Shown: piece after piece, positions 1-24,405 of the stretch | Position numbering within the stretch: position 1 is the first letter of the stretch | How the letters are laid out: every line of letters begins with the position of its first letter | Source of the DNA: the human T2T-CHM13v2.0 reference genome, Homo sapiens | Assembly (NCBI RefSeq): GCF_009914755.1 | Contig: NC_060929.1 | Length of the DNA stretch: 64,000 nt | Direction: 5' to 3' (one strand) | Program-made: the position numbers and the translations under genes | The notes under the pieces: model-generated | The model's input: only the letters and a program-made list of their open reading frames with translations | The model's database searches: none | Told to the model about the DNA's origin: nothing

Positions 1-69
1 CAAAAAAACATCACTTTGGAAATCCTAAGGATTTTAAGAATTGTACCCAACAAATGAGTTAAGATCCAG

Positions 70-962
<893 letters not shown>

Positions 963-1974
963 CACTTATTTTGTTGTAACACAACACAGCCTCTCTAGCT
1001 CTTCAGTTAAAACTTTTCAGTTTAGAATAAAACTCCCTATCACCAGCAGCCAGCAGAACATAGGAATCAGACCAGCAACAGGGATCCTTGCAAAAACTTT
1101 CCAGCTGCCAGTGGAGAAGAGCTCAAGAGAGCTCAATGTGTTACTCTGGATACTACTCTTCTGGGGAAGGTGCTGGGTGGTTTCCTTAGTTGTAGCTATA
1201 TACTCTGCCCTACGTATAACAAGGCCCAAATTCACCTGCCATTTTACCTCCCACAGAAAGAACCACTGGAAAGATCACTCCTTTAAGAGCTTATCCACTC
1301 GGAACCACGCCTCACATTCAGAGAGAAGCTTAAGAAACACCGGCGTGGTGTGCCAGGCTGCCAGGCAGTACTATATGATATGAAAAATATACAGAAAGAA
1401 AACTATCAATGCCCTCTTGCTGCCAGAATGTTCCAATGCTTGCCCCTTTCCCTAGTAGGAGAAAAAAATTCTTTTTCACCTCACACAAAGCAAAACTGCC
1501 GTCCCTCACGACACAGAATCTAGTTGCAGGTGAGTCATGTCATCATAACACAGACTGTTTTCAAACTCATCCCTCAAAGGAAGAGGATCAGTGAGGAACA
1601 TATGTATTTATCTATAACATTCACTGCCTGGTCTTATTTCCAACCCAAGGTAAGTATGAAAGACTTTGTGATTCCAGTTTTTTAAAGTACAACCTCTTGA
1701 GCTTCTCCCCTTCCATTGCTAGGGAGTCTATCTGGACCCACCTCACTGGAGCAAGATGCTCCAGTTTGTGCTGTGTGGTATTGCATGGTGTCATTTTCCT
1801 CAACCCTTTCCATTATGTGGCAAAGGCCTATACAAATCATGTTTCCTAAGTATGTAAAGCATATGTCATCAGACCTTACAAAGACAAAGAAGCTAAAGAA
1901 AAACAAAAGGACAAAGAACATCTTAAATGACTACATTCAATTACCATGGAACTTTACTTTTTTAACTATTCAAA

Positions 1975-2415
1975 AAGATATCCACTGTATTATTTCAACT
2001 ATATGACTCTCCTGAAAAAAGTAAAACTATGAAGACAGATAAAAGATCAGTGGTTTCCAGCAGCTGCTAGGGAGAAAGGGAGAGATGAACAGGCAGAGAA
2101 TAGAGCATTTTTAGGGCAGTGAAACTGTTCTATCTATAATAAATAGACACATGTCATTATACATTTGTCCAAATTCACAGAATGTACAGTATTAAGAATG
2201 GAGCCTGATGTCAACTATGAACTTGGAGTGATTATAATGTGTCAATGTAGGATCATCAGTTGTAACAAATGTACCACTCTGGTGGAAAATACTAATCATG
2301 GGGGAGGCCGTGCATGTGTGGGAGGCATGGAACATAGGAGAAATCTCTGTACCTTCCTCCGATTTTGCTGTGAACCTAAAACTGCTATAAGAAATAGAGT
2401 TATTGATTTAAAAAA
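1975..2415 (+). mobile_element. Old L1M (L1MC-like) 3' end fragment
   Basis: Motifs aaaagatcagtggtttcc, ttttagggcagtgaaactgttct, tgtaacaaatgtaccactctggtgg typical of L1MC 3' UTR. Confidence 0.65.
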
Positions 2416-3017
2416 CATATTCATTGTCTGTGCATCCCAGGATTTCCAGAACAAAAATAAAAAATAAAAGATATTCACTGAATCTGTTATTATGATATAT
2501 TTAAGCAGGACACAGTGGTAACCCTAAAAATTGGAGATCATTAAAGACCAAAGTAACAGCATGTGGGCATGATTTCTCAAATTGCAGTATAGAAAATACA
2601 TAAAACAAATAAATTCAATTGCAAGCTTAGGCAAGAAAATATTGATAAAATGATTGAATATCTTATTTCATAACTCTAAACAGGGATTTAGCACGACATG
2701 AAAACTAGATTCACATAATCAAAATAAAAGACCATTTTTATTCTAATTTTAACTCAGAAATTATTATGCTTATTCAATTTAACCCTTTCACTGAAAGGTT
2801 AAAGAGATAAGAAGGACAGATTATAATTGCTTAATATTGCTATGGTAACTTCCATTCAAATACCTGTGAGTCACCAGAAGTCAAAAAAGTAGCCAGCATT
2901 GCAACACAGGATGGATCATGCAAGAGAAACTAGTACCAGGTTACCTTATCTTATAATATTATTTGCTGTTAAAATGAAATTTTAAAACAGCACCAAAAGT
3001 TAAGTTGGGGCTAAAAC

Positions 3018-3559
3018 TGTTGTGCAGGAAAGATTTCATATAGCAGGAGAGAGACTGCCGTCCTCAGAAAGACCCGCATGCAAGCCTGGCCCTTGGCTGT
3101 TGTTTAGGAAATTGGAATTGGGAGGGTTCCCACCATGCCCTAAGACTGGTCACCGTGTCTAAAGTGTTTATAGAAACAATGCGGTTACTTCTGAGCAGCT
3201 GCTTTCCTTCTGAAGGTCGGAATGTGGGTACATGTGAGGGAGAGTAACCTCCATATAAAACACTTGGGTACTGAGTCTCTAATGAGATTCTGGTACTGGT
3301 AGACATCACTGCACATGGGTTGTCAAAATGTGAGGCTGGGGGAATTAAGCAGATCCTGGGAACTCCACAGGAGAGAACTTCTGGAAGCTTGTGCCTGGTT
3401 TCCTCCAGACTTGACCACCACATGCACCTTTTCCCTCTCATTTTGCTTGTACTCTTTCATTGTAATCAATTAAAGATCTGAATATGATTATTTGCTGAAT
3501 CCTGTGAGTCCTTCTAGTGAATCACCAAACCTGGGGGTGGTCTTGGGAACCCTTGTCAC
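3018..3559 (+). mobile_element. Solo LTR, MER21-like
   Basis: TG...CA ends; ctggaagcttgtgcctggtttcctccagact and gagtccttctagtgaatcaccaaacctgggggtggtcttggg resemble MER21. Confidence 0.6.
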
Positions 3560-3725
3560 AAATGCATTATATAAGGTTTTCATTAAGTTGACATGACCTA
3601 TAATCAGATGGTTATTTCACAGAATAACTTTCCCTAATCTGTTTTTCTTTTCTTTCCTTGATATTTGACTTGGAGGTTCTTGTATTTCTATACTCAACTG
3701 ATTAAAGCCATAAAAGAAATAAGTG

Positions 3726-4631
3726 GGGGGAGGAGCCAAGATGGCCGAATAGGAACAGCTCCGGTCTACAGCTCCCAGCGTGAGCGACGCAGAAGACGGG
3801 TGATTTCTGCATTTCCATCTGAGGTACCGGGTTCATCTCACTAGGGAGTGCCAGACAGTGGGCGCAGGCCAGTGTGTGTGCGCACCGTGCGCGAGCCGAA
3901 GCAGGGCGAGGCATTGCCTCACCTGGGAAGCGCAAGGGGTCAGGGAGTTCCCTTTCCGAGTCAAAGAAAGGGGTGACGGACGCACCTGGAAAATCGGGTC
4001 ACTCCCACCCGAATATTGCGCTTTTCAGACCGGCTTAAGAAACGGCGCACCACGAGACTATATCCCACACCTGGCTCAGAGGGTCCTACGCCCACGGAGT
4101 CTCGCTGATTGCTAGCACAGCAGTCTGAGATCAAACTGCAAGGCGGCAACGAGGCTGGGGGAGGGGCGCCCGCCATTGCCCAGGCTTGCTTAGGTAAACA
4201 AAGCAGCCGGGAAGCTCGAACTGGGTGGAGCCCACCACAGCTCAAGGAGGCCTGCCTGCCTCTGTAGGCTCCACCTCTGGGGGCAGGGCACAGACAAACA
4301 AAAAGGCAGCAGTAACCTCTGCAGACTTAAGTGTCCCTGTCTGACAGCTTTGAAGAGAGCAGTGGTTCTCCCAGCACGCAGCTGGAGATCTGAGAACGGG
4401 CAGACTGCCTCCTCAAGTGGGTCCCTGACCCCTGACCCCCGAGCAGCCTAACTGGGAGGCACCCCCCAGCAGGGGCACACTGACACCTCACACGGCAGGG
4501 TATTCCAACAGACCTGCAGCTGAGGGTCCTGTCTGTTAGAAGGAAAACTAACAACCAGAAAGGACATCTACACCGAAAACCCATCTGTACATCACCATCA
4601 TCAAAGACCAAAAGTAGATAAAACCACAAAG
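3726..4631 (+). promoter_or_regulatory. L1 5' UTR internal sense promoter and antisense promoter (CpG-rich, intact YY1 site)
   Basis: CAAGATGGCCG YY1 motif at 3737-3747; CpG-rich ~900-bp UTR before ORF1 ATG; promoter function is established for L1HS. Confidence 0.9.
3961..4176 (-). CDS. ORF0: L1 ORF0 (71 aa antisense ORF)
   Basis: MAGAPPPASLPPCSLISDCC...RCVRHPFL* lies inside ORF 3961..4245; ATG at 4176-4174, 216 nt including stop. Confidence 0.88.
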   Translation of the reverse strand: MAGAPPPASLPPCSLISDCCASNQRDSVGVGPSEPGVGYSLVVRRFLSRSEKRNIRVGVTRFSRCVRHPFL

Positions 4632-5648
4632 ATGGGGAAAAAACAGAACAGAAAAACTGGAAACTCTAAAACGCAGAGCGCCTCTCCTCCTCCAAAGGAA
4701 CGCAGTTCCTCACCAGCAACAGAACAAAGCTGGATGGAGAATGATTTTGACGAGCTGAGAGAAGAAGGCTTCAGACGATCAAATTACTCTGAGCTACGGG
4801 AGGACATTCAAACCAAAGGCAAAGAAGTTGAAAACTTTGAAAAAAATTTAGAAGAATGTATAACTAGAATAACCAATACAGAGAAGTGCTTAAAGGAGCT
4901 GATGGAGCTGAAAACCAAGGCTCGAGAACTACGTGAAGAATGCAGAAGCCTCAGGAGCCGATGCGATCAACTGGAAGAAAGGGTATCAGCAATGGAAGAT
5001 GAAATGAATGAAATGAAGCAAGAAGGGAAGTTTAGAGAAAAAAGAATAAAAAGAAATGAGCAAAGCCTCCAAGAAATATGGGACTATGTGAAAAGACCAA
5101 ATCTACGTCTGATTGGTGTACCTGAAAGTGATGTGGAGAATGGAACCAAGTTGGAAAACACTCTGCAGGATATTATCCAGGAGAACTTCCCCAATCTAGC
5201 AAGGCAGGCCAACATTCAGATTCAGGAAATACAGAGAACGCCACAAAGATACTCCTCGAGAAGAGCAACTCCAAGACACATAATTGTCAGATTCACCAAA
5301 GTTGAAATGAAGGAAAAAATGTTAAGGGCAGCCAGAGAGAAAGGTCGGGTTACCCTCAAAGGGAAGCCCATCAGACTAACAGCAGATCTCTCGGCAGAAA
5401 CCCTACAAGCCAGAAGAGAGTGGGGGCCAATATTCAACATTCTTAAAGAAAAGAATTTTCAACCCAGAATTTCATTTCCAGCCAAACTAAGCTTCATAAG
5501 TGAAGGAGAAAGAAAATACTTTACAGACAAGCAAATGCTGAGAGATTTTGTCACCACCAGGCCTACCCTAAAAGAGCTCCTGAAGGAAGCACTAAACATG
5601 GAAAGGAACAACCGGTACCAGCCGCTGCAAAATCATGCCAAAATGTAA
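4632..5648 (+). CDS. L1 ORF1: LINE-1 ORF1p RNA-binding/chaperone protein (338 aa)
   Basis: Full-length ORF MGKKQNRK...QNHAKM; coiled coil, RRM, REKG and ARR motifs present. Confidence 0.97.
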   Translation: MGKKQNRKTGNSKTQSASPPPKERSSSPATEQSWMENDFDELREEGFRRSNYSELREDIQTKGKEVENFEKNLEECITRITNTEKCLKELMELKTKARELREECRSLRSRCDQLEERVSAMEDEMNEMKQEGKFREKRIKRNEQSLQEIWDYVKRPNLRLIGVPESDVENGTKLENTLQDIIQENFPNLARQANIQIQEIQRTPQRYSSRRATPRHIIVRFTKVEMKEKMLRAAREKGRVTLKGKPIRLTADLSAETLQARREWGPIFNILKEKNFQPRISFPAKLSFISEGERKYFTDKQMLRDFVTTRPTLKELLKEALNMERNNRYQPLQNHAKM

Positions 5649-5687
5649 AGACCATCGAGACTAGGAAGAAACTGCATCAACTAATGA

Positions 5688-9536
<3,849 letters not shown>

Positions 9537-9740
9537 ACAATGAGATCACATGGACACAGGAAGGGGAATATCACACTCTGGGGACTGTGGTGGGGTCGGG
9601 GGAGGGGGGAGGGATAGAATTGGGAGATATACCTAATGCTAGATGACACATTAGTGGGTGCAGCGCACCAGCATGGCACATGTATACATATGTAACTAAC
9701 CTGCACAATGTGCACATGTACCCTAAAACTTAGAGTATAA

Positions 9741-9771
<31 letters not shown>

Positions 9772-9965
9772 ATAAGTGAAGCAATTGTTAGAAAATAATG
9801 GGAAATAAGCAGCAATCCTAGTTTTACCAGAATAAAAAATAGGGAATCTTGATGATTGACAATATGTTCTACAATATGAATGTTTCTAGAAAAAAAAAAA
9901 AATGAAAAGGTGGTCAATTTTCTGCAACTCAACTGGGCTTAATTCCTTTTTATAATAATTGTGCA

Positions 9966-10470
9966 GGCCAGGTGTGGTGGCTCACATCCATAAAATCCTA
10001 GCATTTTGGGAGGCCAAAGCAGGAGGATCACTTGAGCCCAGAAGTTCCAGACTTCCAGACCAGCCTGGGCAATATAGTGAGGAAAAAAAAAACCTTAAAA
10101 GGAAAATTAGCCAAGTGTGGTGGGGCATGCCTGTAGTCCCAGCTACTTGGGAGGCTGAGGTGAAAGAATCATTTAAGGCCAGAAAGCAGAAGTTGCAGGG
10201 AGCCAAGATAGATCCCACCACTGCACTCCAGTACTGGCAACAGAGGGGGACCTGTCTCAAAAAATAATAATAATAAAAATGAATAAATAAATAAACAAAT
10301 GATTGTGTATCCAGCTAGATGTAACTACACATAGCTACAATCCCAGCTACTCAGGAGGATGAGGTGGGACGACTGCTTGAGCCCAGAAGTTCCAGGCTAC
10401 AGTGAGCTATGACTGTACCACTGAATAGACACCATATTCTAGCCTGGGCAACATAGAGAGAGCCCATCTC
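9966..10470 (+). mobile_element. Old Alu (AluJ-like) followed by an Alu monomer fragment
   Basis: Diverged dimer 9966-~10290 with (AAT)n tail; second partial monomer ~10330-10470. Confidence 0.8.
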
Positions 10471-10765
10471 TTATAATAATGATAATAAATTAATTGTGCA
10501 TCATTCAAGTAACTTGCATAACTGGAAAAAAACATAACCATTGAATATAGTATAATAGTATAACTACTGATCATAGAGTTCCTTTTACTTGCTTCTAATC
10601 TTTTCATTTCTTATAAAACTAAAATATGGTTGACCCATTCAAGGCAGTTCATCACAGAACAAGTCAAAAAGCCAAAAGAATTGCATGCAAGCTGTAGGCT
10701 GTGTTATCCACTACTCCCTGCAAGCAGTGGATTTGGTCATTAACAATCAGCAGGACTTTTAACTT

Positions 10766-10828
10766 TGTGTGCGTGTGTGTGTGTGTGCGCACCCGAACGC
10801 ACATGTGTGTATGTGCACGTGTGTGTGT
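10766..10828. repeat. Interrupted (TG)n microsatellite
   Basis: tgtgtgcgtgtgtgtgtgtgtgcgc...gtgtgtgt. Confidence 0.8.
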
Positions 10829-11077
10829 AAACTATGACAGATAAAACCATTTTGCTTATGTAAGAATATGTAACATAACTTGTGCTTCTCACAAAGGAAT
10901 TGCTTTTCTGTCTTCTGCACTCAGTAGGTATCTTCAAAAAATAATCTCCTATTCGTATGGGTGCACACTGGTTCACTTTTACAGTTCTTACTGCCATTTA
11001 TTTATTCTACGAGAAAGGGATTGTTGAGTTCCCGGTTCTAAAGATACTTCCTTAGTGACACAAATTAACAGGTAATA

Positions 11078-11505
11078 CAGTTCACCCTTGAACAGCAAGG
11101 GTTTGAACTGCAGGAGTTCATTTATATGCAGATTTTCTTCTGCCTCTGCAACCCAGAGACAGCAAGACCAACCTCTCTTCCTTCTCAGCCTGAACAACCT
11201 GAAGATGATAAAGATGAAGACCTTTGTGAGGATCCATTTACGCTTTATGAAAAGTCAATATATTTTTCCTGCAGATTTTCTTTCTAACAGCTTCACTTGT
11301 CTAGCTTACTTTATTGTAAGAACACAGTATATAATAATGCAGCACAAATAAAATAGGTGTTAATCGACCGTTTATGTTATCAGGAAGGCTTCCAGTCAAT
11401 AGTGGGCTATTAGTAGCTAAATTGGGAAAATCAAAAGTTATACTTAGATTTTCAGCTGCACTGGAATCAGAGCCCCTAACCCCCACATTATTCATGGGTC
11501 AAGTG
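11078..11505 (+). mobile_element. Tigger2a/MER28-like DNA transposon
   Basis: TIRs CAGTTCACCCTTGAACA... and ...ATTCATGGGTCAAGTG, flanked by TA on both sides; ~430 bp. Confidence 0.8.
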
Positions 11506-12600
11506 TAATTATGTATTTACTAAATATAAACAATTTATTATAAAAATAAACAACTTATTACAAAAATGAACTAGAAGATCCATATGTATAACAAGTCCAA
11601 TTTGTTACAATGTGACTATAGAGAAAACATAAATATTATATAGGATTTTCGGGATCATAATTAAGTAAATGATTTTTTTTCAGATAATACTGTTTGAGAT
11701 TATAAATCAGCTACAACTACCTTCTTAAATAACTCTTAATTCCAAACTAAAGAAGTTAAATATAAGAAACTAATTTACATGTATGTATATATGTATATAT
11801 ACATGCAATTTACACATCTTTTTAAACTTTTCTTTTCCTTCAAAACTACCTTAATCTTACATCTTAATTTTTTTAAACCAAGAGTAGGACCACCATGAGA
11901 AATGAGAAATTCACTATCAGAAGTCTTACCTGGATTGTAAGTTTTAAGAATCTTCTTTTTAAGTTCCAAAATTTGGTGTCGAATTCTGTATATAAAAAAG
12001 TAATAAATAAAATTGCTATTTTAATACTGAAATAAAAGTTACCATATTAAATTCTTAATGTTTGGTAAATGTGTAATCAAACTGATTCTTTTTTCCTCGC
12101 TGGCTAAAACAAAATACATCTTCGCACATCAACGTACTTCTATATCTATTGTCACCTTTGATGGTCACATATTATTGCATCCTATGGATGCAACTGAAAT
12201 TTACTTATAAGATCCATTCTATGGGTTCTTTTTAAAATAAGTGCTGTGAAAAACAAAGTGCATGTATCTCTATTTCCCAAGGGTATTTTAGTATAATGGA
12301 ATTGAAGGGTAACGGGCATACGCATTTTTAAAATATAGTACTTACCACCAAATTATCTATTTAAAAAGTAATCAGCAACTTAAACTTCAGGCAGCAGTAT
12401 AAAAAACATCCTCACACATTGTGGATAGAAAACAGTTTCATTCCTCTTTTAATTTAAATTCTTATACCAGAAAAGCAAAGGCTTTTTTTCCTATTTACAT
12501 AAGAAACTTGTAGATCTGCAAAAAAGTACTTTGCCCCCTTTTACAGTTTTTGATTATTTGATTTGAAAGAATTCCCTGTAAAATGAAGATGCACTTTTCA

Positions 12601-12946
<346 letters not shown>

Positions 12947-13154
12947 TCATGCAAAAATGTTAAAACCTTGATTTTTTCATTCGGCTTATGTAAAATTGAT
13001 AATCACAGAAAGAGCTCACATTTTGAGAAAAATGTGTCTTCCCATTCAGGAACACAGAACCCACCTCCCACTTCCAAGTTTCCTTCTAAGAACCTTCAGT
13101 AAAGAACCGATCTACACAGGTGGATACGGATGTAAAACGGACAGTTTTAGGTGA

Positions 13155-13510
<356 letters not shown>

Positions 13511-13814
13511 GACTCACGGTATTTTTTGATAGAGGAATGAGTTCTCTCATTAGGCACCTCCTATAATGTATATAACACCATGTTTTAAACGTGTAGGTTA
13601 AAAATAACACTGTGTATGCTTAGCTTGGTGAGTTAAATCACTCACATTCTCCACCAAGCGCTCCAGCTGGGGAATTATGGGGGATGCAGAGCAGCTGAGG
13701 CTCCGTTTGGCACCACCCCTCTGAGGGTGCCCTCTGAGGCCCCATCCCAGGGGCTGCGGGGAAGCCGGGCCTGGGGACCCCCTCCCACCCTGGGCTGAGC
13801 CCCCACCCCACTGC

Positions 13815-14002
13815 CTGTGCTGCCTGTCCCCGGCTTCCAGGTCTCTGCTCCTGCGCGCCAGGCAGCGCTCCACTTCCGCGGCTTCGCCCTTGACAGCGCC
13901 CTGTGGATCTTCCGATTCGGTACCCCGAACCCCTGTAGACGTGGCCTAGGGAGCCCCGGACCGCCGGCCCCTGCGGCTCCCAAAGCCGAAGAACTTCTTC
14001 AA
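13815..14002 (-). pseudogene. ANKRD20A: ANKRD20A-family pseudogene, first coding exon (frameshifted, start codon lost)
   Basis: Across frames reads [12 protein letters not shown] / GSLGHVYRGSGYRI / KIHR / [27 protein letters not shown], matching the ANKRD20A N-terminus as recalled ([59 protein letters not shown]); ccaccTTG in place of ATG; donor reads GC. Confidence 0.85.
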
Positions 14003-14092
14003 GGTGGTGAGTTCTTCTCAGACCCCCAACCACTGGCTCCTGAGCCGCGGCAGCTCCGTGTCACCTTTTCACTCCCCCTCGCCCCACACCCA

Positions 14093-14862
14093 GCCCCAAA
14101 TCCCCAATCCAACTCCAAATCCCCTATCCAACCCCCAATCCGCGATCCAACCTCCAATCCGCGATCCAAACCCCAATCCGCGATCCAACCCCCAATCCGC
14201 GATCCAACCCCCAATCCGCGATCCAACTCCCAATCCGCGATCCAACCCCCAATCCGCGATCCAACCCCCAATCCGTGATCCAACTCAACATCCGCTATCC
14301 AACCCCCAATCCGCGATCCAAACCCCAATCCGCGATCCAACCCCCAATCCGCGATCCAACCCCCAATCCGCGATCCAAACCCCAATCCGCGATCCAACCC
14401 CCAATCCGCGATCCAACCCCCAATCCGCGATCCAACTCCCAATCCGCGATCCAACCCCCAATCCGCGATCCAACCCCCAATCCGTGATCCAACTCAACAT
14501 CCGCGATCCAACCCCCAATCCGCGATCCAAACCCCAATCCGCGATCCAACCCCCAATCCGTGATCCAAATCCCAATCCGTGATCCAACCCCCAATCCGTG
14601 ATCCAAACCCCAATCCGTGATCCAAACCCCAATCCGCGATCCAACCCCCAATCCGTGATCCAACTCAAAATCCCCGATCCAAATCCCAATCCGTGATCCA
14701 ACCCCCAATCCGCGATCCAACCCCCAATCCGTGATCCAACCCCCAATCCGCGATCCAAACCCCAATCCGTGATCCAACCCCCAATCCGTGATCCAACTCA
14801 AAATCCCCGATCCAAATCCCAATCCGCGATACCAAGTCTGCGATCTAGCCCAGAATCCGCGA
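14093..14862. repeat. 19-bp CpG-rich VNTR (CCAACCCCCAATCCGCGAT)n, about 40 copies
   Basis: Direct tandem repeats; 19-aa (57-nt) periodicity in the ORF track confirms a 19-bp unit. Confidence 0.95.
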
Positions 14863-17349
14863 TCCTGCCTGGTCCACCCTTCAGCAGCGACACTGGCGGC
14901 CTCCGACCTCTCAGACCTAGTGAGCCTCGCAAAGCCGCCCGGCTCCCGGAAGCCGCAGGTGCAGGCGCCGCTGGGCTCGCGGGTTCTCCTGGGCTGGCCA
15001 GGGCTGCCCCAGGACCACGGACGGAAAATCGCAGGCGCGCGGCCCACCCCGCCTTAAGGGGAGGGCCCGCCTGGCCGTGTAGCCCGCCCCGCTCCTCCTT
15101 CCGAAGAGAGATCTGGTGCTGGCATGGGCACCCCGCGGCCACCGGAGTGGCTTCCCGGATGAGCCTGGCTTCGGCGCTGACGCTCTGGCCCTGGGGGCTG
15201 CCTGGCTGGTGTCAGGTAGCGGAAGACGCCTGGAGAGTCACTCGCTCCTTCCCCCACCCGCCCCCACCGCTGCTCGTGCCAGGACGCGCAGTTTGCAGTT
15301 GCAGCTCTGGCACTGGCGCGGGATGGCGGAGCTTCCCTTGGATGGCGTCAGGGTCACTGAGTGCACAGCCTACCTGGTCTGAGGGTCTGCTCCTCCTGGA
15401 CACCTCTCCGGATCCTGATCCCTGGCGCTGGGCAATCCACAGGATGAGACTCATCGGCTGCTGGCGAAGCCGACCGCCTGACTTTGCTGCCTGGGCGGCT
15501 GGCCCCGGGATCCGCGCTGCTGGGGACGCGGGCCTGGTCTGCGGTGTCCAGCCACTTGCTGCGGGCGCGCCACGTCTAGGCTGGTGGCTGCAGCCGCAGC
15601 TCCGCGCCTGCGGGGGCTAGTGGGCCTGGTACCTGATGTCCTCAGGGTCAAGTGCATCGCTCCCCCACCTGAGGGTCTGCTCTGCCTTGACCTCCTCCAA
15701 GAGCGCAGGGGCCACCGGGGAGGCAATTTAGGAATGCCTAAATGGAAGGAACTATCCTTTCTCTGTCTTTAAGAAATAAGTGGCTTTTGTTGTTGTTTTT
15801 GTGATACCCAGCTACAGCAGAAAGCAAAGGGGATGCAGAGGTGAAGGTCCACAGCCAGTTCCTCTACTGATTCCCTCCAGGCATAAATGTTCAATCTAAC
15901 GGCTTTGGTTGGCACTTTCACCTCAGCACTTACCTATGCCTACAGGTTTGTTCAATGGCAACTCTTGGATTTTGAATTAATACCCAATTATTTCATATTT
16001 TAATACCCAAACTATTTTAATAGTTTACCATATCTGCAATCCTGAATTAATTTTTTCTTTGTTTATAAAACAATCACTATAGTAAGATAAAAATCACAAA
16101 ACACTTCCACATTTCATTGGGCTAAAAAAGCATTAAAACATTATACGTAAAAGATAAAAAATATATTGTTTCATCATAAAAATTATGGCTTTGCAAATTT
16201 TTTTTACCTTTAGCTACATTCTTACGATTCTTTAACTTTTCACTGTTATTTTATACATTTTTAAAACAATGCATACCAGTGTTTAAAAAACAAATGCAGC
16301 ATTTCATCTAGGACTGAACATATAACGCTGGTCAGCTCTTTCAGCATGGTGCAGGTGTGGGCCTCAGGCTGCTTTCTGTTTACATGTATCAAATGACATG
16401 ACCATCTTAACTGCACAGATACCATCTTCTCGGCTTCTTTCTTCTCCCCCAAAACTATTTAATGTTGCTTTAATGGCAACATCAATTTAACTAGTTTTGT
16501 AATTTCTGTATTTAATTGTCACATAACATTATATCCGTTCTTTTTTTTTTTAAAAAAAAAGGAAAGCATACAATCTTAGTTGCTAGGCCAGTTCTTCTGA
16601 ATCAATTTGAAATCACCTTTTTTCTCTTTCATAATAACTACTTATTTTAATCAACAAGTCAACTATTATTAGATATTAACTTATTTTTTCTAGTTAAAAT
16701 TTTGCTATCTTTCAAATAATTCCAACTCTTACACACACATTTAATGTACATAACTGTAACATATACATACATAAGCACAGGTTAAGCCAGATCTAACATG
16801 AATTTAGATATGCCAAGAAAGCCACATGACCATTATTTACATAAATATGACCAGTGTTCACATTTATCAAGGCCAATGAATATTAAGGTGATTGCTTCAA
16901 TAAGAAATTAGGTGAAGAATTATTTGTTGAATATTGTCAAACACTTTTTTTAACCTGTTAAAGTTATTTAAGCCTGACCCAAATAATTTTTAAACTTTTT
17001 ATTCTATCATGCCTATAGACAGCTTCATATATTAACCATTTCTGCTTTCGTGGTCCTTTGAGAATGGTATCTTAGTATGTAAGTGCAATAAATAAACAAC
17101 TTTTAAAGGAATAAAGAAAATTGATATAAATTAGTCTGGAAAATCTAGTCTGTAGCTGGGCAGCCAGGTGCCCCCAGCTAAACCTCAAGGGATGGTTCTG
17201 TTAAAGTGAAGAAAAGAAGAATAGTGTGTAACAGAAGCCCGCTCTGTGGCTCCAGGTTACAGCTGTGGCCACCCAATCTGCCTTGTGCCTCCTTCTTCTC
17301 ACAAGTACACACTCATCCCAGCCCCAAGCAAGAAAGACCAAAGTCCCTT

Positions 17350-17773
<424 letters not shown>

Positions 17774-17793
17774 CTATGAAAAATCATTTGTTA

Positions 17794-18185
17794 GGCCGGA
17801 CGTGGTGGTTCACGCCTGTAATCTAGCACTTTGGGAGGACAATGTGGGCGGATCACCTGAAGTCAGGAGTTTGAGACCAGCCTGGCCAACATGGTGAAAC
17901 CCTGTCTCTACTAAAAATACAAAAATTAGCTGAGTATGGTGGTGGGTGCCGTAATCCCAGCTACTTGGGAGACTGAGGGAGAAGAATCGCTTTAAGCTGG
18001 GAGGTGGAGGTTGCAGTGAACCGCTATTAAACTCCACTATTCTTTATTGGGCACAACCCAGGAGGTCAACAAATGTATTTTCCTGTTTTTATTTTATTTA
18101 TTTATTTTGAGACAGAGTCTCACTCTTTTGCGCATCTGCACTCTAGCCCAGGTGACAAGAGTGACACTCCATCTCAAAAAAAAAG
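17794..18185 (+). mobile_element. 3'-truncated AluS (17794-18022) plus two oppositely oriented Alu tail fragments (18085-18185)
   Basis: Alu consensus motifs; ttttgagacagagtctcactctt followed by aagagtgacactccatctcaaaa. Confidence 0.8.
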
Positions 18186-18277
18186 GTAATAATAATAATT
18201 ATTATTATTCGTGGACCTGCTGGGTTACACCCAATAAAGAATAGTGGTGTAGAATCAAAATAGTCCCAATAAAATTT

Positions 18278-24405
<6,128 letters not shown>

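Larger units (their letters stand above)
13700..15730. promoter_or_regulatory. CpG island / probable promoter of the ANKRD20A-like transcript (-)
   Basis: High GC and CpG density; GC boxes (ccccgcc, cccgccccgc) at ~15045-15092 upstream of the VNTR and exon 1 on the minus strand. Confidence 0.7.

Noticed and set aside
9769-9965. 3' transduction carried by the L1HS
   Set aside because: The TSD follows the poly-A immediately, leaving no transduced segment
13817-15620. Multiple 150-283 aa ORFs over the VNTR and CpG island
   Set aside because: Produced by the stop-poor 19-bp repeat and high GC; only the ANKRD20A-like pieces show recognisable homology
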